The notes under the pieces were generated by a model, which was not told where the DNA came from, searched no databases, and saw only the letters and a list, made by a program, of their open reading frames with translations. Made by a program: the position numbers and the translations under genes. Positions 33,184-43,813 of a stretch of 64,000 nt of DNA are shown piece by piece; the first letter of the stretch is position 1, and the number at the start of each line of letters is the position of its first letter. The DNA comes from an uncultured Alphaproteobacteria bacterium (GTDB lineage: Bacteria > Pseudomonadota > Alphaproteobacteria > HIMB59): positions 5,605 through 69,604 of the forward strand of contig CACLUX010000004.1 in assembly GCA_902610255.1 (NCBI GenBank), given 5' to 3'.

Positions 33184-33844
33184 TTTTTTAATAACATTTT
33201 ATTTTACAACAGCTATTGTATTAATTATTTCTTTGTTAGGCCTTCCCTTCAAATATACAAAATTTAGATTTTTTGTGCTTTTCTTTACAAGGAACATGAC
33301 AGTAATTTTAAAACTGTTTGGAATTAATATAGAAGTAATTAATTCTGATTTTGCTCACAAAAAGGGTTATCTCTATGCGAGTAAACATCAGTCAATGTTT
33401 GAAACAATATACTTTAATGAACTCTTTTATAATCCTGCATATATTTTAAAAAAAGAATTATTGAATATTCCATTATTTGGGACCTATCTTAAAAAATTGG
33501 GAATGATTGCTATTGATAGAAAACAAGGAATCCATAGTCTTCGTTACGTAAATCAGCAAACAGCTGAATATTTAGATCATAGACCTGTAATAATTTTTCC
33601 CGAGGGAACTAGAACAACCTTTAAGGATCAACCTGATTTAAAACCTGGTATTTATTCTATGTACAAGTCTTTGAACAAGCCAGTTGTGCCTATTGCTTTA
33701 AATTCTGGAAAATTTTGGCCTAAAAATAATCAGATTCATAAAGGCTCCATAACAGTAGAGTTTAAAGAACCGATACCTCCAGGGTTAAGCAAGCAAGAAT
33801 TTTTAAACAAACTCAAAATGGAGATAAATAGCCTTAATCATTAG
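33173..33844 (+). CDS. plsC: 1-acyl-sn-glycerol-3-phosphate acyltransferase
   Basis: KHQSMFET, IFPEGTR, VPIALNSG. Confidence 0.9.
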   Translation: MKFSFLITFYFTTAIVLIISLLGLPFKYTKFRFFVLFFTRNMTVILKLFGINIEVINSDFAHKKGYLYASKHQSMFETIYFNELFYNPAYILKKELLNIPLFGTYLKKLGMIAIDRKQGIHSLRYVNQQTAEYLDHRPVIIFPEGTRTTFKDQPDLKPGIYSMYKSLNKPVVPIALNSGKFWPKNNQIHKGSITVEFKEPIPPGLSKQEFLNKLKMEINSLNH

Positions 33845-34730
33845 GAATAAATTTTCCTGCCTGTCTTGCCTTAACAATTCTATCTCTTACGTTTTTGGTC
33901 TTCTTTAATTTTGTTAATAAATTCTTAGAATTTCCCTGATTGAGGGTTTTAGAAAATTTTTTTAATTCACTTATGAAATTATTAGTTAATTTTTGAATTT
34001 GAGAATTATTTGCTAAAAATATATCCCTCCACATTTCTGGATCACTTCCTGCTACTCTAGTAAAGTCTCTAAATCCACCAGCAGAAAATTTTACAAGCTT
34101 TGAATTTAGTGAAGATTCTTTTTTCATTGCCGTCAAAACTAATGAATAGGAAATTAAATGAGGCAAATGTGAAGTCAAGCTAAGCACTTTATCATGCTCT
34201 TTTGCAGACATAATTTCTATTTTCATATTTAGTGACTTCCAAAACCTAACTATCTTATTGATGTTTGTCTTGGAAGATTTTTTTAAAGGACAAATAATAT
34301 TATATCTATTTGTAAATAGTCCATCAAATCCATTCTCCAGTCCAGCTTTTTCAATACCCGCTATTGGGTGTGAGGGAATAAAATTAAATTTATATTTTTT
34401 TTGATTATATAATTTTTCTATATTTACTTTTGTTGAGCCCACATCTGTAACAATTGTTTTATCTAAATTAATGTTGCTAAGTTTTTTGAATATAGATTGA
34501 TACTGGAGCATAGGTACACTAATAATTATGAGATCAATATTTAAATTGTTGATTTCTTGAAGTGATTTCAAAACTTTTACATTATTTAATTTTGATTTAT
34601 TAATTCTAATTTTGAGGTTATTGGATTTATCAAAGGCAAAAATATTAACATTTTTGTATTTTTTAATTACTGATCTTGCTATTGATGATCCAATCATTCC
34701 AAAACCAATTATGAGAATATTTTTAAACAT
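33834..34730 (-). CDS. tyrC: Prephenate/arogenate (cyclohexadienyl) dehydrogenase
   Basis: GFGMIGSS, TDVGSTK, HPIAG, SHLPHL, GGFRDFTR. Confidence 0.92.
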   Translation of the reverse strand: MFKNILIIGFGMIGSSIARSVIKKYKNVNIFAFDKSNNLKIRINKSKLNNVKVLKSLQEINNLNIDLIIISVPMLQYQSIFKKLSNINLDKTIVTDVGSTKVNIEKLYNQKKYKFNFIPSHPIAGIEKAGLENGFDGLFTNRYNIICPLKKSSKTNINKIVRFWKSLNMKIEIMSAKEHDKVLSLTSHLPHLISYSLVLTAMKKESSLNSKLVKFSAGGFRDFTRVAGSDPEMWRDIFLANNSQIQKLTNNFISELKKFSKTLNQGNSKNLLTKLKKTKNVRDRIVKARQAGKFIPND

Positions 34731-35778
34731 TAAATTTATTGGCTGTTTTTACTGCCTTTTTCATGTCACTTTTTGTTCCAATAGTCATTCTTACAAAATT
34801 ATGTAATCCATATGATGACAATGATCTGACTGTAATTTTATTGGAGTGTAAAAAATCAACAAATTTTTGTGTTATTGATGAACTTTTAAACTTTAAAAGG
34901 ATAAAATTGGCCTGAGTATCAATGGTTTCAAATAATTTGTTATTTAGACCACTACAAGTAAGAGATTTGTTTACAAAATTATTTTTTACAGAATCATTAA
35001 TCCATTTTTTATTTTTCAAAGACTCTTGAGCTGCAATACATGATAATCTAGATACATTAAAAGGCTTTTTATATTGATAGAGTTGAGAAATAAGGTTTGA
35101 ATTAGCATATCCCCAACCTACTCTTAAGCCGCCTAGAGCAAATATTTTTGAAAAAGACCTTGTTATAATCAAATTAGAATATTTTTTAACTAATTGCATT
35201 CCATCATCATATTTTTTATCTCTAATATATTCACAGTATGCTGAGTCTAATACAACAATTGTTTTTTTACTTATTTTATTTAAAAATTTAATTAATTCAT
35301 TTTTGTAAAAAATTGATCCGGTAGGATTATTGGGGTTAGCTAAAAAAACAATTTTTGTTTTTGAGCTAATCATTTTACTTAAATTTTCTAATTTAAATTG
35401 AAACTCTTTATCATCATATTTATTTACTTTGCATCTAAAGTGTTTTGCATAGATCGAATACATAGCAAAAGCATATTTAGTAAAAACAACTTCATCATTG
35501 GGTTTTGAAAAAGTAGCATATATCATTTGGAGAACTTCATCTGAGCCTGCGCCTAATATAATTTGTTTATTATTTATTTTATAAGTTTTAGCAATTTGAT
35601 TAATTAAACTCTCTCCATCAAGCTCAGGATAGATATTTGAAAATTTGATATTTTTTTTTATTAATGACTTTACAGATTTAGCTGGGCCATAGTTGTTCTC
35701 ATTTGATGAAAGCCTTACATACCCTTTAAATACTTCTGCTCCACCCTTGTAGGTATTTTTTGGTTGGCTATTTTTCAT
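34723..35778 (-). CDS. hisC: Histidinol-phosphate aminotransferase
   Basis: LSSNEN, GSDE, ANPNNPTG, DSAY, RSFSK. Confidence 0.94.
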   Translation of the reverse strand: MKNSQPKNTYKGGAEVFKGYVRLSSNENNYGPAKSVKSLIKKNIKFSNIYPELDGESLINQIAKTYKINNKQIILGAGSDEVLQMIYATFSKPNDEVVFTKYAFAMYSIYAKHFRCKVNKYDDKEFQFKLENLSKMISSKTKIVFLANPNNPTGSIFYKNELIKFLNKISKKTIVVLDSAYCEYIRDKKYDDGMQLVKKYSNLIITRSFSKIFALGGLRVGWGYANSNLISQLYQYKKPFNVSRLSCIAAQESLKNKKWINDSVKNNFVNKSLTCSGLNNKLFETIDTQANFILLKFKSSSITQKFVDFLHSNKITVRSLSSYGLHNFVRMTIGTKSDMKKAVKTANKFNV

Positions 35779-35861
35779 AATTTTTTGATAATAAATAAAC
35801 TATATAAAGAAAATATCATCATTTTATATTGAAAATTAATCCAAAAAGCCTTAAATTCCAG

Positions 35862-35911
35862 TTTCACCGATTTGATAGCAGCTTGCGGGTGTAAAACAGC
35901 TAAAGCGTATC
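35862..35911 (+). ncRNA. SAM-II (SAM_alpha) riboswitch
   Basis: CACC-GATTTG...GCTTGC-GGGTG...CAGCTAAAG: P1 CACC/GGTG, conserved GAUUU and GCUAAA, pseudoknot GATAGC/GCGTATC. Directly upstream of metX, with promoter TTGAAA(35829)-N17-TAAATT(35852). Confidence 0.85.
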
Positions 35912-35942
35912 TCCCGCAGTTATCTTTCGAACAGGTTTAAAA

Positions 35943-37064
35943 ATGAGAGAAATAATTGCAAATACTGAATATCCAGGTTTCTTACTGAAATGCCAAGAAG
36001 AGCTATCATTGGACTCTGGCAAAAAAATTAAGAATTTTCAAATCGCTTATCAAACATATGGAAGTCTTAATGCTCAAAAAAATAATGCAATTTTGGTTTG
36101 TCATGCATTAACTGGTGATCAATTCCCTGCAGAGGAAAATCCTATAACTAAAAAAAATGGATGGTGGGAATTAATGATTGGACCCGATAGGCCTATTGAT
36201 ACGAATAAATACTTTGTTATCTGCTCGAATGTTCTTGGGGGCTGTGTTGGAACGACAGGTCCTAATGATACTAATCCTGATACGTCAAAAATATATGGTT
36301 TAGATTTTCCCACTATAACGATTAGAGATATGGTGAGAGTACAAAAAATACTTGTTGATGAGCTTGGAATATCCAAATTGCTTTCTGTAGCAGGTGGTTC
36401 AATGGGTGCAATGCAAGTTCTACAATGGGCTGCTACTTATCCGGAAAGTGTGAGGTCTATTATGAGTATAGCAGGTTCATTGAAACACTCTGCCCAAAAT
36501 ATTGCATTTGACGAGGCAGGAAGACAATCCATTATGTTGGATCCTAAATGGCAAAATGGAAGATATTTGGAGAGTAATGAAAAACCTGAGAATGGTCTCT
36601 CTGTTGCAAGAATGATAGCACATATCACTTACTTATCTGAGAAAGCTTTTCAAAATAAATTTGGTCGAAATTTACAAGAAAAAAATGATTTATCTTTTGG
36701 CTTTGGAATAGACTTTCAGGTCGAAAGTTATCTTCGTTATCAAGGTAGATCTTTTGTTGATCGATTTGATGCTAATAGCTATCTATATATGACTCGAGCA
36801 ATGGATTATTTTGACGTGAAAGATGAAATTATTGCAAATAAAAAAACTATAATTGATAATTCGATCCGATTTCTAGTTTTATCATTTACCAGTGATTGGC
36901 TATTTCCAACAAAAGAGTCAAGAGAGATAGTATCTTTATTAAATTCTATTGGGTCCAATGTTAGTTTTGCTGAAGTCGTATCAGATAGAGGTCACGATAG
37001 TTTTTTATTAGATGAGCCACAATTTTTTAAAGTTGCTCAGGGATTTTTAAAGGGAATAAAATGA
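35943..37064 (+). CDS. metX: Homoserine O-acetyltransferase
   Basis: [34 protein letters not shown]. Confidence 0.96.
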   Translation: MREIIANTEYPGFLLKCQEELSLDSGKKIKNFQIAYQTYGSLNAQKNNAILVCHALTGDQFPAEENPITKKNGWWELMIGPDRPIDTNKYFVICSNVLGGCVGTTGPNDTNPDTSKIYGLDFPTITIRDMVRVQKILVDELGISKLLSVAGGSMGAMQVLQWAATYPESVRSIMSIAGSLKHSAQNIAFDEAGRQSIMLDPKWQNGRYLESNEKPENGLSVARMIAHITYLSEKAFQNKFGRNLQEKNDLSFGFGIDFQVESYLRYQGRSFVDRFDANSYLYMTRAMDYFDVKDEIIANKKTIIDNSIRFLVLSFTSDWLFPTKESREIVSLLNSIGSNVSFAEVVSDRGHDSFLLDEPQFFKVAQGFLKGIK

Positions 37065-37657
37065 GAAAAGACTATGAGATCATTTTAAATTTAATTCCAG
37101 AAAACTCAAAGGTGTTGGATATTGGTTGTTCTGATGGAGAGCTAATCACTTACTTAGAAAATAAAGGAATAAGTGCTCAAGGTGTGGAATTGAGTCAAGA
37201 AAAAGTAATCAAATGTTTGGAAAAAGGATTAGATGTAATACACGGTGATATAAATTTAATAGTTGAAGATTTTCCATTTAATCAATTCGATTATTGTCTT
37301 TTGACTCAGACAATTCAGGCAGTTCAAGAACCAGACCAATTATTAAACACCCTCAAAAAAGTAAGTAAAAATATCATTGTGAGCTTTAATAATTCGGCAC
37401 GTCTGAGTAAAATTTCAAATTTTCTTTTAACAGGAAGTTTTGACTCACTTTTAAAAAAAGCAAATAGTGATCACTGGTATAATACTGATTATATTCACCC
37501 ATGTAGCATCAAAGATTTTAAAAAATTAGCAACAGATTTAGATCTAAAAATAATTTCAACTTTTGATGTCCTTTCTCAAAAGAAATTTGAAAACGGTAAA
37601 ATTCCTTCAAATTTATTTTGTAAAGAAGTTCTCTTCCATATTACTAATGAACAATAA
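37061..37657 (+). CDS. metW: Methionine biosynthesis protein MetW
   Basis: [17 protein letters not shown]; coupled to metX. Confidence 0.92.
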   Translation: MRKDYEIILNLIPENSKVLDIGCSDGELITYLENKGISAQGVELSQEKVIKCLEKGLDVIHGDINLIVEDFPFNQFDYCLLTQTIQAVQEPDQLLNTLKKVSKNIIVSFNNSARLSKISNFLLTGSFDSLLKKANSDHWYNTDYIHPCSIKDFKKLATDLDLKIISTFDVLSQKKFENGKIPSNLFCKEVLFHITNEQ

Positions 37658-38003
37658 AAATATAATTTTTGTCTATAACGCCAAAGGTGGTAAATGGAAC
37701 TATATTCTTGATACAGTCCATAAATATGCCTCCCCCAGCACCTATGATTGCAATTTATGTAAAATTACTCACGACCTGAAAATGCGCGAGACGTGGAAAA
37801 AATTTATAGAGAGCTCACCACATAATTTTAAGTTTTTACATTCTGAAGAATTGGAAGAATTTAATCTTCTAAATTACAAAGATGACCTGCCTATATGTCT
37901 TGAGGAAAAAGAAGGTAAATACAAATTATTGATAGATAAGAAACAAATGAATGAATTTAAAAATGAATTTGAATTAATCAATGTTTTAGAAAAGATATTA
38001 TAA
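37647..38003 (+). CDS. Conserved hypothetical protein with CxxC (start placed at ATG 37647)
   Basis: IFVYNAKGG...HKYASPSTYDCNLCKITH. Confidence 0.65.
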   Translation: MNNKNIIFVYNAKGGKWNYILDTVHKYASPSTYDCNLCKITHDLKMRETWKKFIESSPHNFKFLHSEELEEFNLLNYKDDLPICLEEKEGKYKLLIDKKQMNEFKNEFELINVLEKIL

Positions 38004-38750
38004 ACCGACTAAACCCAAATAAATTAATCGAAGCGAGCCTATCACTACAAAAATATTGATAATGGTAAAAAAAGAATTATCTGAAAGTTTACTATTCATC
38101 CAGTGTCCCAAAATTACTCCTATTACTGCAATTGGTGAAAAAATTAAATAACTATATAACTTCTCAAAGTTTAATATTTCCAAATAGAAATACGGGATTA
38201 ATTTAAATAAATTTATTAAAGCAATAGAAAAAACTACGCCTGCAACAAACTGCACTTTTTTATTATAAATTGCCATAAAATATATATTTAATGGCAATCC
38301 TCCAGAGTGGAGTACAAAACTAGTAAACCCCGCTAGTGCTCCCCAAAAAGATTTACTTCCATAAAAGGGTATTTTTTTTAAATTTCTGTTATCTGCGATT
38401 AAGTAATTAAGCAAAACATATAGTAAGGAAATTGATCCAATAAAAATACTTATCATTGATAAATTGATAAATTTAAACAAGATTGTTCCAATAATGACCC
38501 CCAATAAAGAATATGGTGCAATTGACCATAAAATTTTATATTCAAAATGTTTTCTATTTAAAAACAAAGCGATTACATCACATACAATTAACATTGGCAT
38601 TAATATAGCTATTGCAGTTAAAGGACCATAAGTTATGGACAAAAGGGTTACTGAAATTAAAGCCAATCCACCCCCGGAAAAACCTGATTTCGAAATTGCA
38701 AATAAAAGAATAGAAAAAGAAACTATTAAGTTATAACTAATATCTAACAA
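37998..38750 (-). CDS. TauE/SafE sulfite exporter-family permease
   Basis: SKSGFSGGG, GFTSFVLHSGG, KLIPY. Confidence 0.85.
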   Translation of the reverse strand: MLDISYNLIVSFSILLFAISKSGFSGGGLALISVTLLSITYGPLTAIAILMPMLIVCDVIALFLNRKHFEYKILWSIAPYSLLGVIIGTILFKFINLSMISIFIGSISLLYVLLNYLIADNRNLKKIPFYGSKSFWGALAGFTSFVLHSGGLPLNIYFMAIYNKKVQFVAGVVFSIALINLFKLIPYFYLEILNFEKLYSYLIFSPIAVIGVILGHWMNSKLSDNSFFTIINIFVVIGSLRLIYLGLVGL

Positions 38751-38789
38751 AAATTTATCCTATATTTTAAATCTCAATATAAATTAATA

Positions 38790-39497
38790 TTAAGTCGGCA
38801 CAAAATTTTTAATAGGTATTTTTTTTTGTTTTTTTGAACTCTTTGCGTAAACAATCTTTTTACATACGCAAATCATTAGTCCTCCCATATAAGGAAAAAA
38901 TAATTTACCTATTTTTTCAATTGTTCGATGTGATTTGTAATTTAAATAATGATTCCATGGAGGAAAGTGCAAAAATGTTTTTCTATAATCAAGCACCAAA
39001 AAGTCTTGTATTAGTGATTTAAATTGCTTGTTTGAGTAAGATCGACCAAACCCAAAAGGGTTGTTATCATACCGAGTCCATATACCTGATCTTCTGGGAA
39101 TAATTGATAAAAATAAACCGTTTGGCTTAAGTATTCTCCATATTTCTTCAATACTACTCTGGGGCTTATCAACGAACTCAAGTAAATGAGTTGATATTAC
39201 CACATCAACTGAACTTGGATCCAAAGGTAAGAAATATTCATGTATTATTTGGTGTTCGAAATCGTATTTCTCTTTAACATTACCATCTAAAAATTCTGGC
39301 TGCATAGAGGATATTTGTAAATTTTTATTTTGCTTACTAAGAAAAGAAAGAAAAGGGTTTGTATAACCATATCCACAAATAACACTATCGTTTACGGAAT
39401 TTAAATGGGTGTTTAATTGATGACGTATGTTGCGTTTAACAATAGTGCCTAGTCTTGAATTATAAAAACTATAAATATCGGATGCGTTGATATCCAT
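38790..39497 (-). CDS. Class I SAM-dependent methyltransferase (YafS-like)
   Basis: FYNSRLG, LPLDPSSVD, HLLEF, PFGFGRSYS; divergent from gloB. Confidence 0.82.
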   Translation of the reverse strand: MDINASDIYSFYNSRLGTIVKRNIRHQLNTHLNSVNDSVICGYGYTNPFLSFLSKQNKNLQISSMQPEFLDGNVKEKYDFEHQIIHEYFLPLDPSSVDVVISTHLLEFVDKPQSSIEEIWRILKPNGLFLSIIPRRSGIWTRYDNNPFGFGRSYSNKQFKSLIQDFLVLDYRKTFLHFPPWNHYLNYKSHRTIEKIGKLFFPYMGGLMICVCKKIVYAKSSKKQKKIPIKNFVPT

Positions 39498-39537
39498 AGT
39501 TGTATTTTAACGAGATTTACATAACATTCTATTTCTT

Positions 39538-40299
39538 ATGCAAAAACCTAATGTGTATTTGTTTCCCCAATTAGATGATAACTATGGATATTTAATTAAA
39601 AACCCTCATGAAACAAAAGGAGTGCTAGTTGATCCCTCAGATCTAGATATGTGTTTGAAGATACTTGAGCTAAATGATTGCAGTGCTTCTCACATAATCA
39701 TTACACATCATCACGATGATCACATTAGTGCTGTTGATGAAATTAAATCAAGATTTAAATCTTTAGTCATAGGGTACAAAAATGACTCCAAAATACCAAA
39801 ACCAGATAAAGAAGTTGAAGATCAGGAAATTTTTGAGATACATGGAAATGAATATAAAGTCATACATACTCCTGGGCATACGCTTCAACACATAAATTAT
39901 TTTATGCTAAAACATAATATTTTATTTTCTGGAGATACTCTATTTAGCATTGGATGTGGAAGAATGTTTGAGGGAAATCCTGAAGTTTTTTGGAACAGTT
40001 TGTCTAAGTTAAAACAATTACCTGAAGATACAAAAGTATATTGTGGGCATGAATATACTATGGCTAATTTAAAATTTGCCCTAAACATAGACCCTGATAA
40101 TGAAAAGCTTAATGAATATTATAAATGGGCCTCACACCAAGAAAAAGAGCATCGACCAACAATTCCAACAACTCTCTCAGACCAATTGCTCTGTAATCCA
40201 TTTTTAAGATGTGACACAGATCAATTTATGAAATTTTTTGACACGCAAGATGCAACAGAGGTATTTGCTAAAATGCGCTCTGCAAAGGATAATTTCTAG
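39538..40299 (+). CDS. gloB: Hydroxyacylglutathione hydrolase (glyoxalase II)
   Basis: THHHDDH, TPGHT, GDTLFSIGCGR, CGHEYT, KDNF. Confidence 0.96.
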   Translation: MQKPNVYLFPQLDDNYGYLIKNPHETKGVLVDPSDLDMCLKILELNDCSASHIIITHHHDDHISAVDEIKSRFKSLVIGYKNDSKIPKPDKEVEDQEIFEIHGNEYKVIHTPGHTLQHINYFMLKHNILFSGDTLFSIGCGRMFEGNPEVFWNSLSKLKQLPEDTKVYCGHEYTMANLKFALNIDPDNEKLNEYYKWASHQEKEHRPTIPTTLSDQLLCNPFLRCDTDQFMKFFDTQDATEVFAKMRSAKDNF

Positions 40300-40325
40300 A
40301 AAATTATTTTAATCTTGGTGTTTTA

Positions 40326-40598
40326 ATGAAATGTGCTAGTTTCAGAATACTTATGAAAGACACTTTTCAATTAGATAGCGATATTGCTGATGCTTTTCAA
40401 AAAAAGCAAATGGATAAAGTATGCTCTCTCTACTATGAAGCAGCAAATTACTTCGAAGATAAGGCTGATATTGAAGCAGCATGTTTTTTCTATACACAAG
40501 CTCTAGTAATGGCTTTAGAAGAAAATCATGAACTTAAGGAAAAGATTATTTACAAGCTTGAAAAATACGGCAGAAGTAAAGACGCAACTTTAAATTAA
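40326..40598 (+). CDS. Conserved hypothetical helical protein
   Basis: LYYEAA...AACFFYTQALVMALE; fills the gap between gloB and ung. Confidence 0.65.
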   Translation: MKCASFRILMKDTFQLDSDIADAFQKKQMDKVCSLYYEAANYFEDKADIEAACFFYTQALVMALEENHELKEKIIYKLEKYGRSKDATLN

Positions 40599-40609
40599 CT
40601 AAAATCTGA

Positions 40610-41287
40610 ATGGAAAAATCTACCATTCAACTTCCTGATACTTGGCTTGAACATTTAAAAGAGGAATTTAATCAAGATTATATGATTAAACTCAAAAGCA
40701 AACTTTTAGAATTAAAAAAAAATAGAATTATTTTTTATCCTCCAGGAAAACAAATTTTTAATGCATTTAATTTAACTCCTTTAGAAAAGGTGAAGGTAGT
40801 GATATTAGGTCAAGATCCTTACCATGGACCTGGCCAAGCTCATGGGCTCAGTTTTTCTGTACCAGAAAATATAAAACCACCGCCCTCGCTGTTGAATATT
40901 TATAAAGAACTTCAAGATGACTTAAAAAAAAAGGTGAATTACAACAATGGTAATTTAGATAAATGGGCTAAGCAGGGAGTATTTCTTTTAAACACAACTC
41001 TTACAGTAGAAAAATCAAAACCCCTCTCACATCAAAAGTTTGGTTGGGATATTTTTACAGACAAAGTTATCTCAGTTATCAGTAATGAATTAGAAAATAT
41101 TGTTTTCATATTATGGGGTTCGTTTGCTCAATCAAAGAAAGAGATAATTGATTCGAATAAACATCTTATTTTATCAGCACCGCACCCTTCCCCTTTATCG
41201 GCTCACCGCGGTTTTTTTGGGAGTAAGCCTTTTTCTAAGACAAATACCTTTCTAAAATCAAAACAAATTGATATGGTTGAATGGTAA
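40610..41287 (+). CDS. ung: Uracil-DNA glycosylase (family 1)
   Basis: GQDPYH, PPSL, LLNTTLTV, HPSPLS. Confidence 0.97.
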   Translation: MEKSTIQLPDTWLEHLKEEFNQDYMIKLKSKLLELKKNRIIFYPPGKQIFNAFNLTPLEKVKVVILGQDPYHGPGQAHGLSFSVPENIKPPPSLLNIYKELQDDLKKKVNYNNGNLDKWAKQGVFLLNTTLTVEKSKPLSHQKFGWDIFTDKVISVISNELENIVFILWGSFAQSKKEIIDSNKHLILSAPHPSPLSAHRGFFGSKPFSKTNTFLKSKQIDMVEW

Positions 41288-41703
41288 TGAAGACTGATGT
41301 TGAAAATCTCGTAGGGTTTATTGAAAAAGCAGTTATTGCAATAATATTAGTAGCTACTATTACAGCCATTATGTTTGAGATAATGAGAATGATAGAAGTT
41401 CAGTATGTAGAGTTAGCTGATCTACTCCTCTTGTTTATTTATGTTGAGGTTATTGGAATGGTTCGAGTCTACTATGTTTCCAATCGAGTTAGAATGACAT
41501 ATCCCTTATTTATTGCTATTACCGCTTTATCTCGTCTTATTATACTTCAAGGTAAAGACTCAAACCCGGAGCTTCTTCTTTACGAAGCAGGAGCAATAGT
41601 CTTAGTTGCGATTGCAGTCATCATTCTTCGACTTAGGTATGTCCCAATACTTCGTCCTATTGAAGATGTTGATGAAATTAAACCTAGAAGCACAAAAAAG
41701 TAA
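41281..41703 (+). CDS. psiE: PsiE-family membrane protein
   Basis: DLLLLFIYVEVIGM, IAITALSRLIIL. Confidence 0.85.
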   Translation: MVMKTDVENLVGFIEKAVIAIILVATITAIMFEIMRMIEVQYVELADLLLLFIYVEVIGMVRVYYVSNRVRMTYPLFIAITALSRLIILQGKDSNPELLLYEAGAIVLVAIAVIILRLRYVPILRPIEDVDEIKPRSTKK

Positions 41704-41708
41704 TAAAA

Positions 41709-42689
41709 TTGAAAAAAATTGCAGTCATTGGAACTGGGCTTAGTGCGCTTTCTTTGGCATATCACTTGCCTGCACTTGATATTACATTTTTTGAGAAATC
41801 CTGGAGACCAGGTGGAAGAATAAGCACAAGAAAACATGAACAATATGCTTTTGATCATGGTGCTCACTATTTGAAATTAGATCATGGTGTTATTGGCTTA
41901 AATGAATTTTTAAAAAAAATTGATGCTATTAAAATTTTAAAAGGTCAATTTTGTTCAAATATCTCACAAAATTCTCCAATTGAAGATAAAGAGGTCATTG
42001 TTGGTAAAGATGGAAATGAATCAATTCCTATAAAGATACATAAATCACTTCACTACCCTACGCATTTTTCAAAACAGATAACTAACATTGAAAGCCGTAA
42101 TAATGAATATTTCTTAATCGCAGCAGATGAGAAATTTGGACCTTATGATTATGTTTTTTGTAGCATGCCCTATGAACAATCAAAAAAATTGTTAGATCAA
42201 TTTATAGATTATAGTGATATTCCTGAAATAGAGTTTGACTCCATTTGGACAGTCATGATTGCATTTAATAAAAGATTGGGAGCTCCGTTTCAATTTGGAT
42301 ATCACTTAACACCTGAAATTAGTTTCTTAATGAATCAAAATTTTAAACACGAATTTTTTAATGAAGAGTGCTGGGTTGTAAATATGAGAGCTGATTGGAC
42401 AAAAGAGTATTACAACATAGAAAATTATGTTTTAGAGGACTATGTGGTAAATCAAATGAAAAAGTCTTTTCAATCAAAAGCTGATGCTGTTTTTAAGAAG
42501 TCACATAGATGGAGATACTCTTATACAAAGAAAAGTCTAAGAGATCAAAACTCTAAAAGATTCATTGAGTCCATAGATCAGCGTCTATATGCTTTTGGAG
42601 ATTGGTGTGAAGGTCCAAGTATGCAAGATGCTTGGTTATCTGGTAAGAAATTAGCTCAGCATTTCAGTGAAATGAGACTTAAAAACTAA
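41709..42689 (+). CDS. Renalase-like FAD/NAD(P)-dependent oxidoreductase
   Basis: IAVIGTGLS, EKSWRPGGRISTR, FDHGAHY, HRWRYS, GDWC. Confidence 0.85.
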   Translation: MKKIAVIGTGLSALSLAYHLPALDITFFEKSWRPGGRISTRKHEQYAFDHGAHYLKLDHGVIGLNEFLKKIDAIKILKGQFCSNISQNSPIEDKEVIVGKDGNESIPIKIHKSLHYPTHFSKQITNIESRNNEYFLIAADEKFGPYDYVFCSMPYEQSKKLLDQFIDYSDIPEIEFDSIWTVMIAFNKRLGAPFQFGYHLTPEISFLMNQNFKHEFFNEECWVVNMRADWTKEYYNIENYVLEDYVVNQMKKSFQSKADAVFKKSHRWRYSYTKKSLRDQNSKRFIESIDQRLYAFGDWCEGPSMQDAWLSGKKLAQHFSEMRLKN

Positions 42690-42724
42690 ATAAAGATTGT
42701 GAATAATAAAATTTAGGAAGTTCC

Positions 42725-42931
42725 TCAATGTGTTTTATTATAAATTTTTTTCCATTTTAAATAGTCTTGGTCATTTAACATAAATCTCATCAAGTTTTTT
42801 ACATCATTTTTATCAATATTATATTGAGAATTTATTATTTGGTATGGTATCTCGTCGTTATGTGCCAAGAACTTAATATGATCTAATTCATAGGGCGTTA
42901 AATATTTCATTAAACTATAAACATCGGACAT
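42725..42931 (-). CDS. Small protein resembling DUF2805/TIGR03643
   Basis: LAHNDEIPYQIINSQYNI...VKNLMR...YLKWKK pattern. Confidence 0.5.
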   Translation of the reverse strand: MSDVYSLMKYLTPYELDHIKFLAHNDEIPYQIINSQYNIDKNDVKNLMRFMLNDQDYLKWKKIYNKTH

Positions 42932-43019
42932 ATAGAAAAACTATACAAAAAATAGTATTTAAGTCTAGTTTGTGAAAATGTATTACCTAAAAATTAATAA
43001 AAGGTGATTTTTCTGTATT

Positions 43020-43412
43020 CTATTTCAAAGCAGCAAAAAAACTGTCTGATTTATTGCAATCGCCGTAATAAGTTTTTTTCAAATTTACACTATCAGGATA
43101 AAATATGTTTCTCTCATATCTAAGGATTTTTTTATATAGAATTAGGGTGTTAAAGGAGAAGTCAGTTTCAATTCTAAAATGATAACTTACGTCATCTTCT
43201 CCCATGTACTCATATTGTAAATCTTGAAATCTCTCTTTTAAAATAAAGGGGTTTTGGTCAAATGAGTATTCAAATTCATTTATATCCTCATTTTTAAATT
43301 CAATAATTTGTACTTTTGAGTAATCAATAAGAGATGTTTCTTGACAAGCTAATTTTATACTCTGCCCGAAAGATAGAGTTGGAATAAAAAATAATATAAA
43401 AAAAAACCTCAT
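43020..43412 (-). CDS. Hypothetical secreted protein
   Basis: Signal peptide MRFFFILFFIPTLSFG, two Cys. Confidence 0.65.
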   Translation of the reverse strand: MRFFFILFFIPTLSFGQSIKLACQETSLIDYSKVQIIEFKNEDINEFEYSFDQNPFILKERFQDLQYEYMGEDDVSYHFRIETDFSFNTLILYKKILRYERNIFYPDSVNLKKTYYGDCNKSDSFFAALK

Positions 43413-43415
43413 AAT

Positions 43416-43703
43416 TTAATCCATTATGCTTGCTTTAAATCCATACTCTGAGATAGCTTTTTTTCGAAAAAAGCCCTCAATTTTTATCATCGTTACAAAA
43501 TTGTTTGAACATTTAAGAAGAGCTTTAAAAGGTTTAGCGGATCCTTTACAACTTACATCTTTACCATTAGCATCATGTGTTTCACCACAGGCACATTCGT
43601 AATTAATAGAACCATATCCATTGAGTCTCAGTAAATGGGCAGCTTGTAAGGGGTTGTTTTTGAGTTTTTCTCTTACTTCCTCTTTGTTGGTTAATATTTC
43701 CAT
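43416..43703 (-). CDS. Hypothetical zinc-ribbon-like protein (start placed at ATG 43703)
   Basis: YECACGETH...C...LLKC. Confidence 0.6.
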   Translation of the reverse strand: MEILTNKEEVREKLKNNPLQAAHLLRLNGYGSINYECACGETHDANGKDVSCKGSAKPFKALLKCSNNFVTMIKIEGFFRKKAISEYGFKASIMD

Positions 43704-43720
43704 TAAGGAGTTAATTTTAT

Positions 43721-43807
43721 TTAATCCCCCCTCATTATCCACATAAAAAAAGTAGCTAAAAGTATGAGCGAAATAGTTAAATCTACCCAAAGAGTACCAG
43801 TGAACAT
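43721..43807 (-). CDS. Candidate 28-aa hydrophobic peptide; absent from the ORF track
   Basis: MFTGTLWVDLTISLILLATFFMWIMRGD*, starting 6 nt after the upstream stop. Confidence 0.45.
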   Translation of the reverse strand: MFTGTLWVDLTISLILLATFFMWIMRGD

Positions 43808-43813
43808 ATAATT

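Noticed and set aside
42932-43019. Partial matches (TAGTTTGTG, GAAAATGTAT) to the palindromic and dif-like sites
   Set aside because: Only 9-10 nt in very AT-rich DNA with no second arm; compatible with chance
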